Below, one piece after another: positions 52,798 to 64,000 of a stretch of 64,000 nt of DNA. This stretch comes from an uncultured delta proteobacterium (GTDB taxonomy: Bacteria > Myxococcota > Myxococcia > Myxococcales > Myxococcaceae), in NCBI GenBank assembly GCA_963776345.1, contig CAVZMH010000014.1, positions 98,973 through 162,972 on the forward strand, given 5' to 3'. The translations under genes were made by a program, and so were the position numbers. How positions within the stretch are numbered: the stretch's first letter is position 1; each line of letters starts with the position of its first letter. Below the pieces are notes generated by a model. The model did no database searches. It was not told the DNA's origin and worked only from the letters and a program-made list of their open reading frames with translations.

Positions 52798-54122
52798 TCC
52801 TCTGTATTGCCGGCTGCATCTCGGTGGGGGTTCTGATCAGACGCAGCTTGGGCGACGGCCTTGGACTCCTGCTCGCGATCGGAAGCGTCTACGGCATCGC
52901 TCGTTGCGTGATCTTCGACGGATTCACGCATTTTCTCTTCGACGCCTCTCGTCCTTGGCGCGTACGCAGGCGGGGTCCGGCGGATTCGCGAGACGAGGAG
53001 CGACGAGCGCACAGGTTTGCGCTCGTGGTTGCTGACGCTCGGAGTGCTTCCGGTCCTTCTCATCTTGGTCAGCCCTTTCCTCGACGCGCAGCCAGTGCTG
53101 GTTCAGTTGCTGGGCCTGCGACCCGCTCTGTTCTTCCTTCCGCTCCTGTTGCTTGGCGCCTCTGCGACTGCGCGCGACTGGACCCGGCTCGCAACCTGGG
53201 CGGCGTTTGTCGCCATCGGTTCCGCCGTGATTGCAGGCGCAGAATACTACCTGGGAGTTGACCAGTTCTTTCCGAGGAACGACGCGTCAAGGATCATTTA
53301 TCTCTCCCAGGATGTCGGGGCCTCGGGGGATTTCCGGATCCCGGCAACGTTCAGCTCGGCGCACGCCTACGGGGGAACGATGGTCGGCCTTCTGCCGCTG
53401 CTGGTCCTGCTGGTCGAAACCGGGAGCTGGAGGCGCAAGCTAGGAATCGTCGCGCTCGCGGCCGCCGTGCTCGGAGTTTTTGCCTGCGCTGCTCGACTTC
53501 CAGTGATTGGACTCGGAGTCTTGGTGGTCGCCATCGGCCTGCGCGGGCTGAAGCGCCCCGGTGTTCGGGCCGCCGTGGTACTCGCTGGCCTTGTCGTGGG
53601 GGTCATCGTCCCACGCGAAAGCCGGTTCCAGAGGTTCGAGACGCTCTCGGATGCGGACTACGTAGAGACCAGAGCGGCAGGGAGCGTCAACGTCGGCCTC
53701 CTCGAGACCGTGGCCGAATATCCATTGGGTCGTGGGCTCGGGTCGGCATTCGGAACATCGATTCCGTACTTCTTGGCCGACGTGGCCAAGCCGCAGGTCG
53801 GAATGGAGAATGAATACGCACGGATCGCCGTCGAGCAAGGCCTTGTGGGGGTCTTGCTCTGGATGAGTTTTGCAGGCTGGTGTTCTCTTTAGAAACCCGC
53901 TTCGCTTACGGCGATTCGGCGGGACAGTGGATCTCGGCATGTGGAGTATCTGCGCATTCACATGGGCCACGGGCTTCATCGGTACGGGATTCCTCGCTTC
54001 CATCCCAGGCACGCTCGTGCTCTTCCTCTTCATGGGAGGACTCCTCGCGTCGGACGACCGCGGCAGGGTTCGAGAGCTCGAGCCGGTGCGGCGCACCGTT
54101 GCGCACCATGGCTCTCCAATGA
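52788..54122 (+). CDS. Wzy/O-antigen-ligase-like membrane protein, frameshifted
   Basis: Multi-TM; RIPATF; YPLGRGLG; ENEYARIAVEQGLVG. Confidence 0.7.
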
Positions 54123-54147
54123 GGCCCCGATCCGTTCACCAGAAAGG

Positions 54148-55276
54148 TCACGCGCTCCATGGGGCCCCCGCCTGAACTTGCTCGTAGACCCGGAGCGTCC
54201 TTCGCGCAACCTCGTCCCACGTCCACCGCGCAGCGTGTTCGCGGGCGGTGGCGCCCATTCGCTCGGAGAGCGCCGCATCGTCGGTGAATCGCTGCAGGGC
54301 CTCGGCGAGCGGTGCGGCGTTGGCCGCGTCGTCCAGCAGCCAGCCGCTCTCGCCGTGGGCGATGAGCTCCGAGGCGCCCGCGGCCCGCGTGGTGATCACC
54401 GGCAGCGCCGAGGCCATCGCTTCCGAGATCACCATCCCGAACGCATCGTACGGCGTGGGAAAGACGAACATGTCCGCCGCCGCGTAAGCGCGCTCCACCT
54501 GGTCCGTCGCCGGCCGGAAGCGGACGTGGGCGCCCACTCCCAGCTGATCTGCGAGCCGGCGAAGCGAGGACGGGTCGCTCCGGGACACCAGCACCAGCTT
54601 CAGCCCGCGCACGCGCGCCAGCGCCTCGAGCGCCAGCCGCGCTCCTTTGCGCAGGTCTCCCACGAAGAGCGCCACGCGGTCGGACTCGACCAGCGACCAC
54701 TCCCGGCGGACCGCGTCCCGGGCCTCGGCCCGGCGGGCTGGCGAGAAGCGCTCCGAGTCCACCCCGTGGTAGATCACCTCGGTTGGCCCGGTGCGGCTGG
54801 TAGAGGTGCTCCAGCTCGTCCTTGAGCTTCTGCGAGATGGCGATCACCGCGGCGCGGCTCGAGGCGCGGTAGAGGCGATGCTCGAGCGGGGTCACCGCGC
54901 TCTCGAAGATGCGCTGGCGCAGCTCGGGCGTACCGGCCACGGCGCGCTGCGCGCGAAACCAGGCGCGGTTGCAGATGTGCGCGGTGATCACGTTGGCGTG
55001 GGAGGTGACCAGGCCCTGCGCGTGGACGATGTCGAACTCTGCGCCGCGGCCGAGGCGCACGCTGCATGCGCCCAGGAAGCTCAGCACGGTGGTGAGCGCG
55101 GTGGTCCGGACCGCGGGGACATGGTGGAAGGTGATGCCCTCGGCCCCGTCGGCGTCGAACCGGTTGGTGAAGACGTGGACGTCGTGGCTGGCGCGAAACC
55201 GCTCGGCCAGCTCCACCACGTAGCGGCTATGCCCGAAGGTGCGGTTGTACTCGTGGACCACCAACGCGATTCGCAT
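54148..55276 (-). CDS. GT4 glycosyltransferase (frameshift near 54790)
   Basis: MRIALVVHEY..; IYHGVD; FVFPTPYDAFGMVISEAMASALPVI. Confidence 0.88.
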
Positions 55277-56414
55277 GGCTGTCTACGAAGGGCTGCCCGC
55301 CGCGGTCCGCAACAGGATGAGCGAGGTGGTTCATCCGGGTCTGTGGATCGCACAGCTCCCTGGCTCGTGCGGGCCCCGCCTGCCCGAGCGCCGCGCGCAG
55401 CCCGCCGTCCTGCACCAGGCGCTGCAGCGCGGCCGCCAGCGGGGCCGGCTCGGGAGGACAGAGCATCCCGCAGCGGTCGGTGACGATCTCCAGCGCGCCG
55501 CCCATGGCAGTGCTCACCACCGGCAGCCCCGCGGCCAGCCCCTCCACGAAGGTGATGCCGAACGGCTCTGGGCCGGTGTTGGGTTGGCAGTGAATGTCCG
55601 CCGCCGCGAGCAGCCGCGCCACGTCCTTGCGCTGGCCCACGAACTTCACCCGGTCTTGCAGGCCGAGGTCTTCGGCCTTGTGGCGCAGTTGCTGGGCGTA
55701 CACCTCCTCTGACGGCCGCTGCGCCCCGCCGATCATCCAGCACTTCCAGCCAGTGTCCGGCAGCCGCGCCAGGGCCTCCAGGTGCAACGCGTGCCCCTTG
55801 AAAGGCTCCATCCGGCTCGGTTGGGCGATGACCACCTCGTCGGCGGCCGTGTCCAGCTCGCGCCGCAACGCCGCGCGCTCCTCCCCGCCCAGGGAGGCGG
55901 GCCTGACGTCCACCGGGTAGTACGCCACCTCGCACCGCGTGTCGGGGCAGGTCGCCTGCAGCTCGCGGTGCACCGCTTGGCTATTGCTCAGCGCCAGCTG
56001 GGGGCGGACCCGCTGTGCCCACCGCTCCAGCCAGTGCCCCGGCTGTCCGAAGCCGTGCATGAAGAACACCAGCGGGACTCCTGCGCGCTGCGCGGCGGGA
56101 CCCAGCAGCGCCCGCGTCCATGTGCCGTGACAAACCACCACGTCGGCGCCAATGGTGGGCAGCAAGCGCCCCAGCGCGCGCCGTGCCCGGACGACGGTCC
56201 AGGGCCGCCGCACTCGCACCGCACCGAGGTTGTGCACCGCCGCGCCCGTGCGCCGGAGCTCCTCCTCGAGCCGCCCCGGGAAGCATACGGCGAAGCTGGG
56301 GATCATCGAGGGGCAGAGGTGTCGGAGGCGCGCCAGTGTCACCAGCACCGTCTCGATCCCGCCGAAGAGGTTGCCGCTGGCCACATGCAGAACTCTCAAG
56401 GGGGGAGCGCTCAC
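55273..56414 (-). CDS. GT4 glycosyltransferase
   Basis: NLFGGIETVL; SRMEPFKGH; PEPFGITFVEGLAAGLPVV. Confidence 0.88.
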
Positions 56415-56438
56415 CTTGGGTGTACCGTATCACCCAGG

Positions 56439-57591
56439 ATGCGAATCCTGGTCGCAAACGAGCACGCCGAGATCGTCGGGGGGATCGAGACATACCTGCG
56501 CTGGCTCGTGCCGGAGCTTGCAGCACGTGGTCATGAGGTCATCTGTCTGACCCGGTACCCTGGAGGAAGTGGAGAGGGTTGGGTGCCCAGGTGGGCGCCA
56601 GCCATGGTCACCGCCGACGCCCGCGAGCTGAGTGAGGTGGCTCGTGGGTGCGACGTCGCACTCATGAACCCGTTGGGGAGAGTCGATCTGGAAGAGGCGC
56701 TCGCGACCCATCTGCCAACGGTGTTGTTTGCCCATGGCTTCTACGGGACTTGTGTGAGCGCGGCCAAGATGCATGCCTTTCCAAGAAGGCAGCCATGTGA
56801 GCGGGTCTTGAGCTGGAAGTGCCTTGCCCTCTACGGACCGAGGCGTTGTGGAGGAGCGAACCCCATCACGGCTCTTCAGCTCTTTCAACGAGAGACCACG
56901 CGAGCGAGCCTGTTGTCGAGATTCAAGAGAATCGTCGTCGCGAGTCAATACATGGCGGAGGAGTTTGTCCGGAACGGGCTCGCTCGTGACCGTCTTGATT
57001 GCGTGCCCTTGCCGGTCCAGCGGCCATCCGTGGCGCCGGTGATTGGCTTTCGGAGGCGAGTTCTGTTTCTGGGGCGAATGACAGCGGTCAAGGGAATCGA
57101 TCTCCTGCTGGAGGCCGTCGCGTCCGTTTCTCACAGATGAGGAGCCCGTCGAGGTCGATCTCGCTGGCGACGGAGCTCTCAGGAAGGTTGCTGAGGCCAG
57201 AGCGAAGAGGCTGGGCGTGCCGGCACGATTCCACGGTTGGGTGGACGAGGCGCAGAGAGCGGTTCTGTTCGGTGGGTCGGGAGTCGTCGCTCTCCCGAGT
57301 ACCTGGCCGGAGCCGTTTGGCCTGGTCGGTCTCGAGGCGGCTGCGCACGGTGTGCCGGCGGTCGCGTTTGACGTGGGAGGGGTCCGCGAGTGGCTGGTGC
57401 CCGGAGTGACGGGTGAGCTCGCCCCTTCGCACCCGCCCACGGCCGCCGGCTTCCGTGCGGCACTCGAGCGCTCGCTGAGGCCAGCGCACTGGAGCGAGCT
57501 CAGCAAGGGGGCCTACGCGAACTCCGCCCGCTTCTCACCCGCTGCGCACGTGGAGGCGATCGAGAGCTGCCTCAACGCAAGTCGGATGTGA
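56439..57591 (+). CDS. GT4 glycosyltransferase (frameshift near 57135)
   Basis: MRILVANEHAEIVGGIETY; GRMTAVKG; WPEPFGLVGLEAAAHGVP. Confidence 0.87.
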
Positions 57592-58789
57592 GAAGGCCGC
57601 TTGTCAGCGCTCGGTAGATGGGAAGAAGCGTCTCGCCGAGGCGGCGACTGTCCAGCCTCGCCCCGGCGAATCGAAGAGCCTCGCTCCGAAGTCGATCTCG
57701 CCTGGAAGGGGAATTGACCAGCTCCTCGACTCCGTGGGCGAGCGCTCGTGCGTCCAGAGGAGGCACGAGAACTCCAGTCGTGCTGTTCACTTGCTCGAGG
57801 ACTCCCCCTGAGGCAAATGCGACGACGACGCAACCCGAAGCCATCGCCTCGGCCACTGTTCGGCCGAACGGCTCGGGTCTTGTGCTCGCCTGGATGACGA
57901 TGTCCAGCGCTGCATAGACCCGCGCGACGTCAGCCTGAAACGGCACCAGACCGCACCGACTCGTCAGGTCCAGACGGACGATGGCATCCCGGAGCTCTGC
58001 CTCGGTGACCTGGCTTCCACGCGTGGAATAGACAGGACCGCCGACGATGTAGAAGCGAACGCCGGGGGAACGGACCTGGTGAGCCGCCTCGAGGAAGAGG
58101 TGATGCCCCTTCCATGAGGCATAGGTGGCGATCAGGCCAACCCGGACGGTTCCGCTTGGCGCCGGATCGAGCCCGGCAAGGCCATCCAGGTCCGCCGCGG
58201 CTGCCGTTCCAGGCGCGAAGAGTTCGGTTCTGATCCCGTTCAGGAGCGTCTCGATGCGAAGCCGTCGTAAGACCCTGCGCGCGTCCTCTGCCACTGCCTG
58301 CGATACGGCGACTCCGAGCGCGGCGCGCGATGCCAGGGCTGGGAGGATTCGCGCGGTCAGCCGCCGCTCGGAAAGGAAGTCGTGTACGTGCCAGACGAGC
58401 GGGACGCCCCTCGGCTTTCCCAGTGCCGACAGGAGGTGCGTCTTCAGCCCGTTGCTATGCAAGACGTCCGCCCGCTTCCGGCGGAGCAGGGCGGCGAAGC
58501 CCGGCAGCCACCAGCCGAGCGCAAGGGCAGCATGAGCACCTCGCAGCCAGGGCCGATCGACGCTCCGCTCGGTCGTGCTCTCCCCGAGCGTCGTGAGCGG
58601 CTGGGGCAGGTGAAAGACATCGGTGCTCGCACCGAGGGCCGAGGCCTCGGAGAGCAGTGGCCCATCCTCGAGCGCGACGACCTCCATCTGAAGCTCCGGC
58701 GACGCACGCCGCAGCGAGGCGATGAGATCCAGAAGACACTGTTCGGCGCCCCCGAGCGTCCCGATCGGATTGAGGAACAGCACCTTCAC
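57572..58789 (-). CDS. GT4 glycosyltransferase
   Basis: LGGAEQ; WKGHH; PEPFGRTVAEAMASG. Confidence 0.9.
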   Translation of the reverse strand: MKVLFLNPIGTLGGAEQCLLDLIASLRRASPELQMEVVALEDGPLLSEASALGASTDVFHLPQPLTTLGESTTERSVDRPWLRGAHAALALGWWLPGFAALLRRKRADVLHSNGLKTHLLSALGKPRGVPLVWHVHDFLSERRLTARILPALASRAALGVAVSQAVAEDARRVLRRLRIETLLNGIRTELFAPGTAAAADLDGLAGLDPAPSGTVRVGLIATYASWKGHHLFLEAAHQVRSPGVRFYIVGGPVYSTRGSQVTEAELRDAIVRLDLTSRCGLVPFQADVARVYAALDIVIQASTRPEPFGRTVAEAMASGCVVVAFASGGVLEQVNSTTGVLVPPLDARALAHGVEELVNSPSRRDRLRSEALRFAGARLDSRRLGETLLPIYRALTSGLLTSDLR

Positions 58790-59910
58790 GCAGCACTCCC
58801 GATCCGAGCGTAGGCGCTGGCGATGGCGTCGGCGTGCGCCGTCCAGCTGAAGCCGCGTGCCCCCTGTGCGCGCAGCGAGGCTGATGGAGGGATGAGGGTG
58901 CCCTCTAGCAGCGCGCGAACCACCCTCGCCCAGCAGGCGATGTCCCCCGGTGGGCAGAAGACCCCAGCGTCTCCGGCGGCCTCCCGGAACCCTCCGATGT
59001 CGCTCAGCACCACCACTGCTCCTGCGGCGAGCCCCTCGACGGCCGGAAGGCCGAAACCCTCCCTCTCGCTCGTGAGTAGGACCAGCCGAGCATGTCGGTA
59101 CAAGGCAGCCAGTGCGGATCGGGTCAGCTCTGGCGTTTGAAGCACTTTGTTGGAGATCCGAAGATCCTGAAGCAACGCTCGCTGTCCGTCGTCGAGCATG
59201 GCCCCGTGCTGGACGAGTCGAAGGTCGGGCCAGTCGCTCTGGAGCTGTGCAAAGACTCGGAAGAGAACATCAAGCCTCTTTCGCGGGAAGTTCCCCGCGA
59301 CGTTGAGCACGTACGTCAGGCCGCGAACGAGGTCGGGGAGATCCTCGTCCTTTGGACTGAAGAACTCATCGGAAATGCCATACGGAGCATGAACCAGGCG
59401 CCCTCCGGTCAGGAGGCCGCGACGCAGAATCTGGTCGTGGATCTGCTCCGTGCTGAAGAACACCACCGCCGCGCGACGCAGGCCGGCGAGCTGGAGGCGA
59501 GCCATGCCGACCCGCCACGCTGTCTGCCCGCGTGGCTCCAGTGCCGGCTCGAATGCGTCCAGATCGTGGCAGTAGATGCCGGTCCGCCCAGAGGGTAGTG
59601 CGAGCGCGAGTTGTGCGTACGTGTGATCTGCGATGTGGAAGAGCGCGAAATCGGCGCGCCTCCGCTGCAGCTCCAAAGGGTACGTCACGAACCGGGTCAC
59701 CAGCCTGTTCGCGTTCCACGTGACCCGCTCGTTCAGAAAGGGCGCGCGGTCGAAACCCCGGAAGAAGCGCGGCCGAACAGCGACACCTGCGAACCGATCG
59801 GAGTGCTCGGTCTGGAGATGCTTCAGCAGCATCTCCGCGGCGTACTCCATGCTCGGCCAGCGCTCCTCGACCGCGTCGAAGATCACTGCGAGACGCTGCG
59901 GGGGGGTCAC
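58786..59910 (-). CDS. GT4 glycosyltransferase
   Basis: WPSMEY; FPRKRLD; EREGFGLPAVEGLAAG. Confidence 0.87.
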   Translation of the reverse strand: MTPPQRLAVIFDAVEERWPSMEYAAEMLLKHLQTEHSDRFAGVAVRPRFFRGFDRAPFLNERVTWNANRLVTRFVTYPLELQRRRADFALFHIADHTYAQLALALPSGRTGIYCHDLDAFEPALEPRGQTAWRVGMARLQLAGLRRAAVVFFSTEQIHDQILRRGLLTGGRLVHAPYGISDEFFSPKDEDLPDLVRGLTYVLNVAGNFPRKRLDVLFRVFAQLQSDWPDLRLVQHGAMLDDGQRALLQDLRISNKVLQTPELTRSALAALYRHARLVLLTSEREGFGLPAVEGLAAGAVVVLSDIGGFREAAGDAGVFCPPGDIACWARVVRALLEGTLIPPSASLRAQGARGFSWTAHADAIASAYARIGSAA

Positions 59911-60807
59911 GCCTGCGCTTCCTCCAGAACCTCCCTGAGCGCCTGACGCACGGGACGCTGACGCCGCCACCCCAGCTGCTCGAGCTTGCCCGGATCGCCG
60001 ACCAGCCATGGGATCTCCGAGGGGCGGAGTCGTTCGGGATCGACCCGGATCTCGGCGCGAGTCCCGGCGAGCTCCATCAGGAGCTCCAGCGCCTGCCGGA
60101 TGCTCAGGCCCTCTCCGGAGCAGACGTTGTAGACCTCGCCCGGAATGCCTCGCTCGAGCAGGAGCAGGTACGCATCCACGACGTCCGACACGTGGCTGAA
60201 GTCTCGCACGGGCGTGAGATCGCCGACCTGGACGACCGGAGTCGCCTGCCCCCGTGCGATCGCGAGCAACTGACGCGCGAACGACGGAATCACGAACTGC
60301 GGCGCCTGGCCGGGTCCCAGGTGGTTGAAGGGCCGGAGCAGCACGACATGCAGCCCGTAAGAGATGGCAGCCTGCCGCCCCAGCATCTCGGCTGCAGCCT
60401 TGCTCGACGCGTACGGGCTGACCGGAGCCAGCGGAGATGTCTCGACTGCACGCGTACCGTGTTCGAGCTTTCCGTACTCTTCTCCGGACCCGACGAGCAG
60501 AACTCGCGCTCGGGACGCCTTCCGTCGAACCGCCTCGAGAACGTTGGCCGTTCCGAGCACGTTCACCCGCACGGTCTCCACCGGGTTCTGATGGCTCCAG
60601 GCTACGGAGCTGACTCCGGCGAGGTGGACGACCCCCTCCGGTCCGAACCGCTCGAAGCGTTCGAGCACGGCAGATGAATCGGTGATCTCGAGCCCGCCCG
60701 GCGCCTCCCGGCCCGCCGCACGGCTCGACCGCATCGCCGCGCGCCCGCAGCGCCCGGACCAGGTGCGTGCCGACGAAGCCGTCGGCGCCGGTCACCAGGA
60801 CCTTCAC
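59907..60807 (-). CDS. rmd: GDP-4-keto-6-deoxy-D-mannose reductase-like SDR (frameshift near 60710)
   Basis: VTGADGFVG; PYASSK; RPFNHLGPGQ; GDLTPVRDF; directly downstream of gmd. Confidence 0.72.
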
Positions 60808-60808
60808 C

Positions 60809-62916
<2,108 letters not shown>

Positions 62917-63002
62917 GGACGTCTGAAATTTTCGACTCGGATCGTTCGATCAGCCCGGCTTCCGGTCGCACGACGCATCATGCCAGACTCCGCGCCCCCT
63001 GC

Positions 63003-64000
63003 ATGGTCACGTACGCCGTCGCGTTTCTCGTCTCGTTGATGGTCGGTGCCGTGCTCACGCCTCTGGTCCGCAACCAGGCGATCGAGCTCGGCTGGTTCGA
63101 CCAGGCGAAGTCCACGCGCAAGGTCCACGTTCGACCCGTCCCGCGCCTCGGCGGCATCGCGATCGTCGTCGCGTTCTTCACTCCGCTGACCGCGCTGCTG
63201 ATCGTCGACTCGGGCGTCGGGCGGCAGTTCCTGGCGAACCGAGATCTCGTGGTCGCGCTGTTCCTTGGCGGGAGCGCCATCGCCCTGCTCGGGATCTACG
63301 ATGACTTTCGCGGCTCGGGCGCAAGACTCAAGTTCACCGTGCAGTTCGCCGTGGCGCTGGCCCTCTGGAGCGTCGGGCTGCGGATCGAGAGCATCACCTG
63401 GCCATTCGGGCCGCCCCTTCAGCTCGGCATCGCATCGCTGCCGTTCACGATGCTCTGGATCGTCGGCGTGGTGAACGCCGTCAATCTCATCGATGGCCTC
63501 GACGGACTCGCCGGCGGCGTCGCCTTCTTCGCAGCCGGGACAAACCTGGTCCTCGCGCTCGCCCGCGGCGACGTGCTCATGGCGCTCTGCATGGCCGCCC
63601 TCGCAGGCGCCGTGCTCGGTTTCCTCATCTTCAACTTCAACCCGGCGACCATCTTCATGGGCGACACCGGGAGCATGTTTCTCGGCTACGTCCTGGCCAC
63701 GGTCAGCATCAAGACCTCGACCAAGTCGGGGACCGCCGTGGCGATGATCGTCCCGGTGATCGCCCTGGGCCTGCCGATCATGGACACGCTCCTGGCCATG
63801 TTCCGACGGGCGTTCCTCGGCAGGAGGATGTTCGACGCCGACCGGGACCACATCCACCACCGCCTGATGTCCCGGCTCAATCTGAGCCACCGGGACGCAG
63901 TGCTGGTGCTCTACGGGCTGAGCGTCCTCTTCGGGGCCACCGCGCTCGGGCTCGCCACCGCCAACAGCGTGCAGAGTGCGCTGCTGCTGGCTTCCATCAG
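63003..64000 (+). CDS. wecA: MraY/WecA-family undecaprenyl-phosphate sugar-1-phosphate transferase; runs off window
   Basis: Own translation: RKVHVRPVPRLGGIA..GIYDD..NAVNLIDGLDGLAGG..FNFNPATIFMGDTGS..DRDHIHHRL. Confidence 0.9.
   Translation, partial: MVTYAVAFLVSLMVGAVLTPLVRNQAIELGWFDQAKSTRKVHVRPVPRLGGIAIVVAFFTPLTALLIVDSGVGRQFLANRDLVVALFLGGSAIALLGIYDDFRGSGARLKFTVQFAVALALWSVGLRIESITWPFGPPLQLGIASLPFTMLWIVGVVNAVNLIDGLDGLAGGVAFFAAGTNLVLALARGDVLMALCMAALAGAVLGFLIFNFNPATIFMGDTGSMFLGYVLATVSIKTSTKSGTAVAMIVPVIALGLPIMDTLLAMFRRAFLGRRMFDADRDHIHHRLMSRLNLSHRDAVLVLYGLSVLFGATALGLATANSVQSALLLASI

Overview
High-GC myxobacterial (Anaeromyxobacter/Myxococcales-like) window with three zones. (1) 1-18.7 kb is core-like DNA with intact ORFs: ligD (partial), hutF-argE-DUF4336, a lipoprotein, mfd, two toxin-antitoxin-like pairs, an ADOP-type ABC permease, an amidohydrolase and nrfHA. 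Its intergenic gaps carry a dispersed hairpin repeat (CGAGGTG-CCAAA-CACCTCG-TTACC). (2) About 18.7-46 kb is a lower-GC mosaic accessory island. It starts with an MBOAT/acyl-carrier protein/seryl-tRNA-synthetase-like ligase/GNAT cassette bracketed by a partial direct duplication of nrfA. It continues with many FkbM/TylF/SAM methyltransferases, glycosyltransferases, a collagen-like protein and IS3/IS21/IS256 pieces. At least eight co-oriented segments of one IS91/ISCR-like rolling-circle element separate the cargo genes. (3) About 46-64 kb is a Wzx/Wzy-type polysaccharide locus (wzc, wzy-like, many GT4s, gmd, rmd-like, wecA-like) containing glnB. Many genes after about 20 kb are frameshifted, probably partly from long-read error. 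The most interesting candidates are the aaRS-paralog/ACP/MBOAT glycan aminoacylation system and the IS91-like and partial-duplication-driven cassette shuffling of glycan-decorating genes. All calls come from reading motifs by eye; no searches were run.
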